DNA of 64,000 bases from a virus (Duplodnaviria > Caudoviricetes). The first letter of the stretch is position 1, and every line of letters starts with the position of its first letter. Shown in pieces: positions 1 to 9,133 of this stretch. The stretch is from the IMG/VR virus record IMGVR_UViG_644736328_000002, positions 1,355 through 65,354 of that record; one strand, 5' to 3'. Under the pieces are notes generated by a model that ran no database searches, was not told where the DNA came from, and saw only the letters and a program-made list of their open reading frames with translations. Both the position numbers and the translations under genes were made by a program.

Positions 1-37
1 GCTTTAATGTGGATTTACGTCCTTTTGGTAGAGGTTA

Positions 38-463
38 ATGGCAAAAGTCTTTTTGACCAGTTCTTGGGATATGGAGCGTATAGCGCCTTATCTTGAAGAA
101 ATCATTGCATCTTTTAATGAGTATGTAGAGCGTTTCAAACATGAAATTACGTTGCGAGAACTCATTGAATCTATTTGCATGGGCGAGAAACAGTTATGGC
201 TTGTTTTGGATGATGAAGAGCGATTTTTAGCGGTCGTCACGACCCAGATACAACAGACAGTTTTAGGAAAGAAGCGCGCGCTCATTTGTGAATGTAGTGG
301 CACGGGCGTTCTTGATCAAGTTGACAATTTGCAAGTTGCAGAGGATTGGGCGCGTGAGAATGGCGCTTCTGAAATGGAGATCTTGGGTCGTTTGGGTTGG
401 AAACGTGCATTGGACAAGCAAGGTTACAGCATAGATATGCTTTATTACAGGAAGGAATTGTGA
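38..463 (+). CDS. Phage virion-associated protein, possible GNAT-like fold (P22 gp14-like position)
   Basis: 141-aa ORF with RBS (agagg); C-terminal 'EILGRLGWKRAL' resembles this family; precedes ejection-like genes. Confidence 0.45.
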   Translation: MAKVFLTSSWDMERIAPYLEEIIASFNEYVERFKHEITLRELIESICMGEKQLWLVLDDEERFLAVVTTQIQQTVLGKKRALICECSGTGVLDQVDNLQVAEDWARENGASEMEILGRLGWKRALDKQGYSIDMLYYRKEL

Positions 464-464
464 A

Positions 465-1394
465 ATGGGGAGCAAGACACCAGCAACAACAGAACAAAAG
501 CAGGTACAGACAAGCGCCCCTCCTGCTTGGATGGAGAATGTATTTAAGCGTGGGGGTAGGGATGCGTATCAAATGTATGACACAGGGATTGGGGGTAATG
601 TGTATGGGGGACTTCGTATTGCCCCGTTAAGTGATCAAACGCGCTATGGCATTAGTGGTCTTGGCAGTATTCCTCATCATTATCAAAATCGCTCTTTGAT
701 GAATACAATCTACAATCCAACGTCGGCAGCCATGAATCTTAGACATATGGCTTCTGGTGGTATGGTTGGACAGAATCCGTCTTTTAATGCCGCCCTTCAA
801 AATAGCTTAGACCGTGTAAGAGATACGATTAACAGCTCTTTTGCAGGTGCGGGTCGTTATGGGTCCGGTGCACATGCAGGTGTATTGGCAAATGAACTTG
901 GTGCTTTGTCCACAAGTGCTATGGCAGATCAATATAATCGTGATGCGGACCGCATGATGCAAGCGAATTCACTGATAGACCAAGCCAATCAAAATCAGTT
1001 GGGAGCCTCAAATAACTTCTTACAGGGTTATGGCAATGCCTATTCCAATGCCATACAGGGGGGAGGTGTGCTTGATGCCCACAATCAGAGAGTTGTTGAT
1101 GCCAATCGTGAACGTTGGCTGGAACAAGACAATAGCGGCTGGAATAGGTTGAATATGCTTATGAACGCCGGTCATGGCTTTGCAAGGAATTACGGCACGA
1201 CAACGAATAATAATACAGCCTCTATGGTGCAAGGCAATAACCCATGGAAAAATGTAGGGGCTATAGGTTCTCTGGCACTTCAAGCAGCACCGATGGCTTT
1301 TGGTTACATGGCAGGTGGTCCAATGGGAGCAGCGTTGGCAGGAGGAGTATCCAATGCCTTTTTAGATTACATGAATCAAAAGAAAGCTCTGTAG
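465..1394 (+). CDS. Putative DNA ejection/internal virion protein (small)
   Basis: 309 aa, Gly/Asn/Gln-rich, N-terminal 'KTPATTEQKQVQTSAPPAW' and hydrophobic Gly/Ala C-terminus typical of podoviral pilot proteins; synteny. Confidence 0.5.
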   Translation: MGSKTPATTEQKQVQTSAPPAWMENVFKRGGRDAYQMYDTGIGGNVYGGLRIAPLSDQTRYGISGLGSIPHHYQNRSLMNTIYNPTSAAMNLRHMASGGMVGQNPSFNAALQNSLDRVRDTINSSFAGAGRYGSGAHAGVLANELGALSTSAMADQYNRDADRMMQANSLIDQANQNQLGASNNFLQGYGNAYSNAIQGGGVLDAHNQRVVDANRERWLEQDNSGWNRLNMLMNAGHGFARNYGTTTNNNTASMVQGNNPWKNVGAIGSLALQAAPMAFGYMAGGPMGAALAGGVSNAFLDYMNQKKAL

Positions 1395-1424
1395 AATAAT
1401 TAAAGAATAGTTTTGTAGGAGAGT

Positions 1425-2828
1425 GTGATGGTTGCACCGATAATACCAATGGCTTTAGTAGCAGGAGCGAGATTTGCACCGCATATTATGAGATATCTTT
1501 ATCCCAGAGTGGCTCCAAAAGCGATTACAGGGGCGCAAAGATTTGGACAATTCATGAAAGCAAATCCAAAGAGTGCCATAGCTACTGGAGGGGCAATGAC
1601 TCTCGCCCCTTTGATGGCACCAGAGGAAGTACATGCTCCAAACAACCCCTATTTACAGAATATGCAGCAGCCATATGGACCATTTATGCCCTATACGGCT
1701 CCTAAAACGGAAATGCCTTTAGGAGTTGATCAACAGCCATCTATGCCAAATGCACTAGAGAGTACTCCACAAGAACTTAAACCTCATGTTAATGAACAAA
1801 CGCAACCATTAGCGCCCGCATCCCCAACACCGCCTCCTGAACCGACAGATTTAGATAAATTTTTACAGTCCAATACTTATAAGTTTTTTCAATCAGATGC
1901 GTATCAGAAGCTCAAAGATCTTTTTGCAGGTATGGCGGCAGCACCCACAGATGGTTCTGGATGGGATGCGCTTGCAAGTGGTGTGAAGCATCTTAATGAA
2001 GGTGATAAACAAAGAGGGCAGGTTAACCAGACTGTCGATTATTTAAAGTCCAAAGGCTACAGCGAAGAAGAAGCTGCTGTCATGGCACGGAATCCTCAAA
2101 TGCTTAGCGCATTGCTAACAGGTGATGATACTTCTAAGTTACCTCTGGGGTATCAATGGTATACCAATCCACAGACAGGTGAACGTGAAGCGAGACCGAT
2201 TAAAGGGTCTCCACAGGAACTTGAGTATAATCAGAAGCTACAAGCACAGAAAGAGTGGGAGGGTAAAAAGCAAAAAAATATTATTGCCACAAAACATCAG
2301 ATGAACGCTGGGATAGATGCTATTCGTGATTCGATTGCACTCATTCGCAAACATAAGATTAACGGGTTTAAGGCGTGGGCTACGCGTGGAATTGGAGGAA
2401 CTCCTGCGAATGAATTAGAAAATTTATTTGATACGATTAAGGGTGGTGCTTTAAAGGCGGTATTTGAGAGCTTAAAATCGATGGATCCTAGAGGAAGTCT
2501 TAGTGTTGGTCCTATATCAGATTACGAAAGTCGGACGATGGTAGCAACCTTTGGTTCTTTAGATTCTGCGCGTAATACAAAAGGGCTACTGAAAACTTTA
2601 GAAAATCTTGAAATAACATTTAATGCTTTAAATAAGCTTCAGAAAACTGATTTGCATGATTGGATGACGGGGAAGATAACCCCTCAAGAAATCTCTGATA
2701 AATATAATACTCAGAAAAAAGGCGTTATGGAGTTTGTGAAGGTATCCAGTCCCAAAGAGAGCGCTAAATTTGAGATAGGAACAAAAATTCAAGATGCAGA
2801 TGGTAATATTAGAATAAAGAGATACTAA
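1425..2828 (+). CDS. Putative internal virion/ejection protein
   Basis: 467-aa ORF, Pro/Gln-rich N-terminal part, helical C-terminal part; synteny between pilot protein and SLT. Confidence 0.45.
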   Translation: MMVAPIIPMALVAGARFAPHIMRYLYPRVAPKAITGAQRFGQFMKANPKSAIATGGAMTLAPLMAPEEVHAPNNPYLQNMQQPYGPFMPYTAPKTEMPLGVDQQPSMPNALESTPQELKPHVNEQTQPLAPASPTPPPEPTDLDKFLQSNTYKFFQSDAYQKLKDLFAGMAAAPTDGSGWDALASGVKHLNEGDKQRGQVNQTVDYLKSKGYSEEEAAVMARNPQMLSALLTGDDTSKLPLGYQWYTNPQTGEREARPIKGSPQELEYNQKLQAQKEWEGKKQKNIIATKHQMNAGIDAIRDSIALIRKHKINGFKAWATRGIGGTPANELENLFDTIKGGALKAVFESLKSMDPRGSLSVGPISDYESRTMVATFGSLDSARNTKGLLKTLENLEITFNALNKLQKTDLHDWMTGKITPQEISDKYNTQKKGVMEFVKVSSPKESAKFEIGTKIQDADGNIRIKRY

Positions 2829-2829
2829 A

Positions 2830-5016
2830 ATGCTTAATCATAAGAATGATAACGTTGGAAAACGTCAGGTTTGGAATGATGATCAGTATCCTATTATTGG
2901 ACATATAACAGATTATAATAAACGCTCTTCAAATAGTCAGATTTGGAATGATGATCAATATCCTATTATTGGACACATATCAGACTATAACAACCATTCT
3001 TATGAGGAAGAAGCAGAACATCCCGAAATAAGTGGGAGTGAAGCTTTTTGGAACTCTTTAAAGCATGGTTTGAGTTTTAATTTAGATGATGAAATTGCGG
3101 GGATCACAGCGGCAGGACGTGATTCTGATGATGAGTTGGCAATAAAGGCTTTTGCGAAGGGGCTTATCAACTATTGGACTGGAGATAAGAAAACCATAGA
3201 AAAATATGAGAAAGAAGCTAATAGAATACGTGATTATTATCGTAGGATGAGTGATCAACATTATTGGACTTCTTTTGCTGGAAATGCTTTAGGGTCGGCA
3301 ATCCCTTCACTTGCGACTTTAGGGGGAGGATTATTAGCCTCAGGAGCACGCTTTGTAGCGCCTACACTTGCAAGGAATGTGGCGGGGTCAAAATTAGGTC
3401 AAGCCTTTTTGAACACTGGTCAGTCATTTCCAAGTCGATTTGCAAGTCCATTTTTAGGCATCACGAACAAAACAACATTGCCGCATTTGCTTAAAGTAGG
3501 GGCGGCATCTGGTGCATTACATGGAGCGGGAGAAGGCGAAGGTCTTGGTAATACACTTACAAGTACGTTATCTGGTGCAGGTTTAGGAGCGGGCGGGGCA
3601 TTGGTTGGAAGTGCTTTAGGTCATTTGGCTGGTTCTACTGTCGGTGGAATACGAAGACTTTTTTCTCCTTCTCACAAGCAAGGTGTTACAACAGACACAT
3701 TAAGAGAAATCAGTAAACATTTAGGTAAGGAGGCTTCTGAAGAGTTAGGAAACTCTTTTAAGAATGCAGTTCCTACCGATTACGTAGCTGATCATAGTCC
3801 TTTTTTACAGGATCTTGTTTTTGATATCGCGAAAAGAAACCAAGGGGCTTATCTTGATTTGACCAAAAGAGCTGAGCAGAGAGCGCTGGGAGGAGGGGAG
3901 CGTATTCATCAAGCTGCTGATGAACACTTTGTTCCTCGTCAAAATGTCACAGGTTTAAAAGATGATCTTATCGCGAGTAGGGAAGCAGCGACAGAGAGTC
4001 TTTACGATATAGCCAAGAAAACGCCGATAGGAGAAAAATATTATGGCGCGCTTAATGAATTAATGGAGCGCCCCTATTTTAAACAAGCTTATGACGAAGG
4101 GTTAAAGGAGTTCACGAGTGGTGGGAATAAAGTCAGTCCTTTTTCTTCTCAAAAATTTAGTCTCCTTAAAGAAAAACCGAACATGGGGATTCTTCATGAA
4201 ACGCAGCGTAAACTTCGTTTTATGACAGATACAGCGAGAAAAATGGGAGATGATAGCAAAGTTCGTACCTTAGTAGGTATCCGGAAAAAAATGTTAGAGA
4301 TTATGGATGATATATCGTCTGAATATAAGAAGGGACGGGCACTGTATCATCAATATAGTGCACGTGTAGATGCTATGGGCGAAGGAGAAAAAGTCCTTAG
4401 AAAGTCGGTTAATAAGGATAAATTCAGTAAAATTTTTGATGAATTACCAGAGGGACAACAAGAATACTTTAAAAAGGGATCAAGAGCAAAACTTTTACAA
4501 GGCATGGGTCAAACAAAAGATGAAGTGTCCAAGGCAAAGGAGATTTTTGGTACGAATGATCTTTATGAAAGATTTGCAAAGATTTATGGAGCAGATAAAG
4601 CTTCTGCTGTTAAGAAGGTTGTCGATAGAGAAGCTAATTATGCAGATTTTTATAACAGAATACCCAATCGTGTAGCGAATGAAAAGATCTCTTTTACGCA
4701 TAACGTCAGTATGCCAACGGGTAAACGTGATGCAGCTGTACAATTAGCAAAAGCTGCTGGGAAGTCTGCTTGGATTCCTTTCAAAGAGGCGGCGTTTAGA
4801 GAGCGTCAACGGATTGAAAAGGATGTTGTCAAATTGTTAACAGGGGGGACACAGATTAAGAATGATCAAATTGTAGCTCTTATTCAACGCATGGTAAACG
4901 CGCATCATAAGGGATATGCGACAAAAGAATGGTTCAAAAAGCTTTCTGCTGCTTTGTTTGGAGGTGGGGGAAAAGCCTCAACGGAGGAGTTGAATTTATT
5001 GAGTGCATTTGAGTAA
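2830..5016 (+). CDS. Large putative internal virion/ejection protein
   Basis: 728-aa ORF with Gly/Ala-rich hydrophobic segments (GAASGALHGAGEGEG...) typical of podoviral ejection proteins. Confidence 0.5.
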   Translation: MLNHKNDNVGKRQVWNDDQYPIIGHITDYNKRSSNSQIWNDDQYPIIGHISDYNNHSYEEEAEHPEISGSEAFWNSLKHGLSFNLDDEIAGITAAGRDSDDELAIKAFAKGLINYWTGDKKTIEKYEKEANRIRDYYRRMSDQHYWTSFAGNALGSAIPSLATLGGGLLASGARFVAPTLARNVAGSKLGQAFLNTGQSFPSRFASPFLGITNKTTLPHLLKVGAASGALHGAGEGEGLGNTLTSTLSGAGLGAGGALVGSALGHLAGSTVGGIRRLFSPSHKQGVTTDTLREISKHLGKEASEELGNSFKNAVPTDYVADHSPFLQDLVFDIAKRNQGAYLDLTKRAEQRALGGGERIHQAADEHFVPRQNVTGLKDDLIASREAATESLYDIAKKTPIGEKYYGALNELMERPYFKQAYDEGLKEFTSGGNKVSPFSSQKFSLLKEKPNMGILHETQRKLRFMTDTARKMGDDSKVRTLVGIRKKMLEIMDDISSEYKKGRALYHQYSARVDAMGEGEKVLRKSVNKDKFSKIFDELPEGQQEYFKKGSRAKLLQGMGQTKDEVSKAKEIFGTNDLYERFAKIYGADKASAVKKVVDREANYADFYNRIPNRVANEKISFTHNVSMPTGKRDAAVQLAKAAGKSAWIPFKEAAFRERQRIEKDVVKLLTGGTQIKNDQIVALIQRMVNAHHKGYATKEWFKKLSAALFGGGGKASTEELNLLSAFE
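2866..2990 (+). repeat. In-frame tandem repeat with 72-nt period (Q[VI]WNDDQYPIIGHI[TS]DYN x2)
   Basis: caggtttggaatgatgatcagtatcctattattggaca at 2866 and cagatttggaatgatgatcaatatcctattattggaca at 2938. Confidence 0.9.
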
Positions 5017-5032
5017 GGGAGGAGATTAGGCT

Positions 5033-5698
5033 ATGACCCGTTATAGTCCGGCTGTTAATCAAGCGATACGGCAAACGGCAGCGCGTTATGGCTTGCCAGA
5101 GAGTTATTTATACCGTGTTGCGCAAGTGGAAAGTGGAGGCAATCCGAATGCAAGGAATCCCCGCTCTTCTGCTGGTGGTTTGTATCAATTTATCGATAGC
5201 ACCGCCAAACAATATGGTTTGCAGGATAGGTTTGACCCCATGCAAGCGGCAGATGCCATGGGGCGGTTGACGCTTGATAATCGCAATCATTTAAGCCGTC
5301 TGTTGGGAAGAGCGCCTAGTGAAGCGGAGTTGTATTTAGCACATCAACAAGGGGCAGGAGGAGCCGCGCGGCTTCTTCAAAATCCCCATGCCAATGCAGC
5401 GCAAATTGTTGGCAGCAATGCGGTTGGCTTGAATGGTGGAAACAACGCTATGCGTGCAAGTGATTTTGTCAACCGTGTGTTGCAGATGTACGGTGGGAAG
5501 AAGTCTTATGGTGCACGCCCTATTGTTTTTGGAGGCTCTGTACCAGCACAGGGGAACAGGGATAATTTTCTCGAGGTTTTAAGAGCCTTACTTTCATCAG
5601 AGCAAGAGGCATCAGAAGAAGCTGATGAGAGATCTGATGATAATCCTTTGATGACGCAATTTATGCGTGCGTTTTACGGACCGTTTTACCGGAATTAG
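5033..5698 (+). CDS. Virion-associated lytic transglycosylase (SLT domain)
   Basis: Catalytic 'AQVESGGNPNARN', 'AGGLYQF' and 'YLAHQQG' motifs. Confidence 0.88.
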   Translation: MTRYSPAVNQAIRQTAARYGLPESYLYRVAQVESGGNPNARNPRSSAGGLYQFIDSTAKQYGLQDRFDPMQAADAMGRLTLDNRNHLSRLLGRAPSEAELYLAHQQGAGGAARLLQNPHANAAQIVGSNAVGLNGGNNAMRASDFVNRVLQMYGGKKSYGARPIVFGGSVPAQGNRDNFLEVLRALLSSEQEASEEADERSDDNPLMTQFMRAFYGPFYRN

Positions 5699-5710
5699 GA
5701 TTCACGAGAG

Positions 5711-6712
5711 ATGTCAACGATTTATGATTGGTCGCTTAGAGCGGCGGATAATACGCGCGTGGATGATTTGATTGATTGGTCAGAAGGGCAGCATCCTAGC
5801 AGTGTGAATACGAGCGCCCGTGTGATGATGCAAAGGATAAGTGAGTATTTGTCAGACACGGGTGGAGCGCTTGAAGGGGTTGTTACAAATGATCATGTCC
5901 AACAAACGAGTGTGATAAGACTTGCAAGCACCTCACAGTTTTTAGAGTATAAGAATGGTATCGTTTTGCGCTTTATGGCGACGGGTAAGAATGTTGGAGC
6001 AACCACGATTGTCTTAAACACTTTAGATGGCAAGCCGGTTTATAAAGCAACGGAATTAGGGGTTGGTCCTTTATCAGGGGGCGAAATCCAACAAGGGTGC
6101 ATTTATACATTGGTTTATAATGAAGATCATTGGCATCTCGTTAATCCTACCTCTATCCCTTTAGAAGAAGAAAGCAGTCTTTATCCCGCGGGTTTTATAG
6201 GAACGTTTGGAATGCGCGGGATTCCAAAGGATTGGTTAATTTGCGATGGGAAGGCTTATTTGCGTCGTGATTATCGTGATTTGTTTGAGACAATAGGAAC
6301 GGTTTGGGGAGAGGGGGATGGCGTTACAACGTTTAATGTTCCCGATTTTCGAGGGATGTTTTTACGGGGTGTTGATGGAGGGCGTAATATTGATGAGGGG
6401 CGTTCTTTTGCAAGTGTACAAACAGATTTAATCGAGTCTCACCAACATCAAGGACAGAGCCTTTCGATGTCTCATTTTACCAGCAACGAAAACTTTTGGG
6501 ATGGGAATACGACGGATGTATTAGGCTATCGTCTAGGCTTGTTTGGGGGGAGCTCTATAGCGAATTTTATGGGTATAGAGCGTGAGAATTTAAGGAGTCA
6601 CGTTGCAAGTCCTTATACTTTTGATGAGAGCCAAGAGGTTGTTTTGGAGAGCACTGGTGAAGGCGAGACGCGTCCAGTTAATGTGAGTGTTCTGTTTGCG
6701 ATTAAGACATGA
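5711..6712 (+). CDS. Phage tail-collar domain fibre protein, paralogue 1
   Basis: Collar motif 'GFIG.F...P.DWLICDG...LFETIG..WG.GDG.TTFNVPDFRG.FLRG'; ends in ETRPVNVSV. Confidence 0.85.
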   Translation: MSTIYDWSLRAADNTRVDDLIDWSEGQHPSSVNTSARVMMQRISEYLSDTGGALEGVVTNDHVQQTSVIRLASTSQFLEYKNGIVLRFMATGKNVGATTIVLNTLDGKPVYKATELGVGPLSGGEIQQGCIYTLVYNEDHWHLVNPTSIPLEEESSLYPAGFIGTFGMRGIPKDWLICDGKAYLRRDYRDLFETIGTVWGEGDGVTTFNVPDFRGMFLRGVDGGRNIDEGRSFASVQTDLIESHQHQGQSLSMSHFTSNENFWDGNTTDVLGYRLGLFGGSSIANFMGIERENLRSHVASPYTFDESQEVVLESTGEGETRPVNVSVLFAIKT

Positions 6713-6720
6713 GGTTTAAG

Positions 6721-7734
6721 ATGTCGACGATTTATGATTGGTCTTTAAATGCCTCCTTGAATGCCTATTGTGATGATTTGATTGATTGGTCAAAAGGACA
6801 GCGCCCTAGCAGCGTGAATAATAGCGCCCGTGTGATGATGCAGCGTGTGCGTGAATATTTATCCGATACGAGTGGTGTGATTGAAAGTAGCTTTACGGTT
6901 GATAATGAACAACAGACGACGTTGATAAGACTTCAAAGTAAATCGCATTTTTTGAAATATAAGAATGGGATATCAGTTTGTTTTAAAGCGAAGGGTAAGA
7001 ATGTTGGGGAAACCGCAATTGCCTTGAATGATTTAGCCGCTAAACCTGTTTATAAGGCGACGGAATTAGGCATTCGTGCATTATCTGGAGGTGAACTTCA
7101 AAGGGGGTGCATTTATAGCTTGATTTATAGGGATCATGCTTGGCAAGTTTTAAATCCTACGCCTCTCTCTTTATCACAAGAGCCGGTTATTTCCGTTTAT
7201 CCTACAGGGACGATAGGGATTTTTGGGATGCAAGTTTTGCCAGAGGGCTGGTTACTCTGTGATGGGAAGGCTTACTCGTGTAGTGATTATCCTGCTCTTT
7301 ATGAAGCGATAGGGATCAGATGGGGAGGCGCTGATACTTGGAACAAGTTTAACGTTCCAGATTTGCGTGGTGTTTTTTTACGAGGTGTTGATGATGACCG
7401 CGAGATAGACCGCTTTCGTTATCTTGGCACTTTACAAAATGACGCTATGAGAAAGCATGACCATAGTGGTCAATCCTTTACGATTTTGAATGATGAAGAT
7501 GAGGAAGATAGTTGGTATGGTGATTTGACGATCATCTGGGGATATGTGTTGAATGACCAGCAAAGGTTGAAACTTGCCGAACGTTTGGGTGTAAGGGCAG
7601 AGGATATACGGGTGCACCATAAGCTAGCCTTTCCTCATTCCCACCTTCATATGCGTGATGTTGCGTTGGAAAGTTCAGGTGCAAGTGAGACGCGTCCGAT
7701 TAATATAAGTGTTGTGTTTGGAATCAAGACGTGA
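6721..7734 (+). CDS. Phage tail-collar domain fibre protein, paralogue 2
   Basis: Same MSTIYDWSL N-terminus, collar motif and ETRPIN terminus; start placed at ATG 6721. Confidence 0.85.
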   Translation: MSTIYDWSLNASLNAYCDDLIDWSKGQRPSSVNNSARVMMQRVREYLSDTSGVIESSFTVDNEQQTTLIRLQSKSHFLKYKNGISVCFKAKGKNVGETAIALNDLAAKPVYKATELGIRALSGGELQRGCIYSLIYRDHAWQVLNPTPLSLSQEPVISVYPTGTIGIFGMQVLPEGWLLCDGKAYSCSDYPALYEAIGIRWGGADTWNKFNVPDLRGVFLRGVDDDREIDRFRYLGTLQNDAMRKHDHSGQSFTILNDEDEEDSWYGDLTIIWGYVLNDQQRLKLAERLGVRAEDIRVHHKLAFPHSHLHMRDVALESSGASETRPINISVVFGIKT

Positions 7735-7741
7735 GGTTCAG

Positions 7742-8869
7742 ATGTCGACGATTTATGATTGGTCTTTAACGGCATCTGAAAATGGTGGTGCTGATGCTTT
7801 GATTAATTGGTCAGAGGGACAGCATCCTAACACGGTCAATAATAGCGCTCGTTTTATGATGCAACGGGTAAGTGAGTATTTATCGGATACGGGTGGAGCG
7901 CTTGAAGGGATTGTTACGGTTGATAATAACCAAAAGACGAGCGTGATAAGGCTTCTAAGCCAATCGGCATTTTTAGAGTATAAGAATGGCATATCGGTTT
8001 GTTTTAAAGCGAAGGGTAAGAATGTTGGGGCGACAACAATTGCTTTAAATAATTTAGCCGGTAAGCCCGTTTATAAGGCGACAGAAACCGGTTTATTAGC
8101 CTTATCGGGAGGAGAGATACAAGATGGCTGTCTTTATACCGTTATTTACGATGAAGATATAACCGGTTGGCAAGTTCTCAACCCGACAAGGGGCAAAGTT
8201 TCTTCCTTAAAACGCTTACCCTCCGGTCTGATAGGACCGTTTGCAATGGAACGCTTGCCGGATGGTTGGTTGCCGTGTGATGGGCGTGCTTATTCACGGT
8301 ATGTTTATTGGGATTTATTTTGTGTCATAGGAACGACGTGGGGAGAGGGGGATGGCGTTACGACATTTAATGTTCCCGATTTTCGAGGGATGTTTTTACG
8401 GGGACTTGATAATGAACGCAATTTAGACCCTTGGCGTTCTTTTGCAAGTATACAACCCTGTTCTTTAAAAGCGCATGAACATTTTATAGGTCCAGCGTCA
8501 TCAGAAGGTCTTTCTTCTCGTAAAAAACGGGATGTTTCTTCTTCTGAAGTTTCTTTGCAAAGGCGAAAGAGAGCTCTAGACGAAGAGTGTGTAGGTTTGA
8601 GTGGGGATAGCTTAAAAAAATGTCATGAAGAATTTGACCGAATAGTGGGCATTTCAGAGGTTCCATTTTGGTTTACAGAAAAAGACAAGCCGCCGCGTTT
8701 ACCTTGGTTTATCAGGAGTCCCTTTGAAAGCTTTTTAAGTTTTTCGATGCCGATTAAAGAGGGCATCTATGACAGAGCGCATCATGAACATCACCTTATG
8801 ACAGAGAGGGTTGGTGGTGTTGAAACGCGCCCCGTTAATGTGAGTGTCATTTATGGGATCAAGACATGA
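7742..8869 (+). CDS. Phage tail-collar domain fibre protein, paralogue 3
   Basis: Same architecture; start placed at ATG 7742; variable region contains RKKR and RRKR. Confidence 0.85.
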   Translation: MSTIYDWSLTASENGGADALINWSEGQHPNTVNNSARFMMQRVSEYLSDTGGALEGIVTVDNNQKTSVIRLLSQSAFLEYKNGISVCFKAKGKNVGATTIALNNLAGKPVYKATETGLLALSGGEIQDGCLYTVIYDEDITGWQVLNPTRGKVSSLKRLPSGLIGPFAMERLPDGWLPCDGRAYSRYVYWDLFCVIGTTWGEGDGVTTFNVPDFRGMFLRGLDNERNLDPWRSFASIQPCSLKAHEHFIGPASSEGLSSRKKRDVSSSEVSLQRRKRALDEECVGLSGDSLKKCHEEFDRIVGISEVPFWFTEKDKPPRLPWFIRSPFESFLSFSMPIKEGIYDRAHHEHHLMTERVGGVETRPVNVSVIYGIKT

Positions 8870-8878
8870 GGAGTTGAA

Positions 8879-9112
8879 ATGTCATTAAAACCGTTTGCGA
8901 TATCAGAGATTAGCGACCCGTCTCAAGTACGGGTCGTTTTGTATTCTGGGGGAGGTTTTGTACATGCGCCGCTTAATGGCGTTTTTGATTTACTGAAAGC
9001 CGCTTTGAAAGCCGATCTTGATGGATCGTTAAAAGATTTAGAGAAGCGCTTAGAGGCTTTAAGAGAAGAGTTTGAAGATTTGAAAGAGTGTTCATTAGAC
9101 GAAGTACTGTGA
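8879..9112 (+). CDS. Small phage protein with C-terminal coiled coil
   Basis: 77 aa, RBS gaggag, heptad pattern LKDLEKRLEALREEFEDL. Confidence 0.6.
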   Translation: MSLKPFAISEISDPSQVRVVLYSGGGFVHAPLNGVFDLLKAALKADLDGSLKDLEKRLEALREEFEDLKECSLDEVL

Positions 9113-9133
9113 ATGATGTGAGGACGAAAGCAG

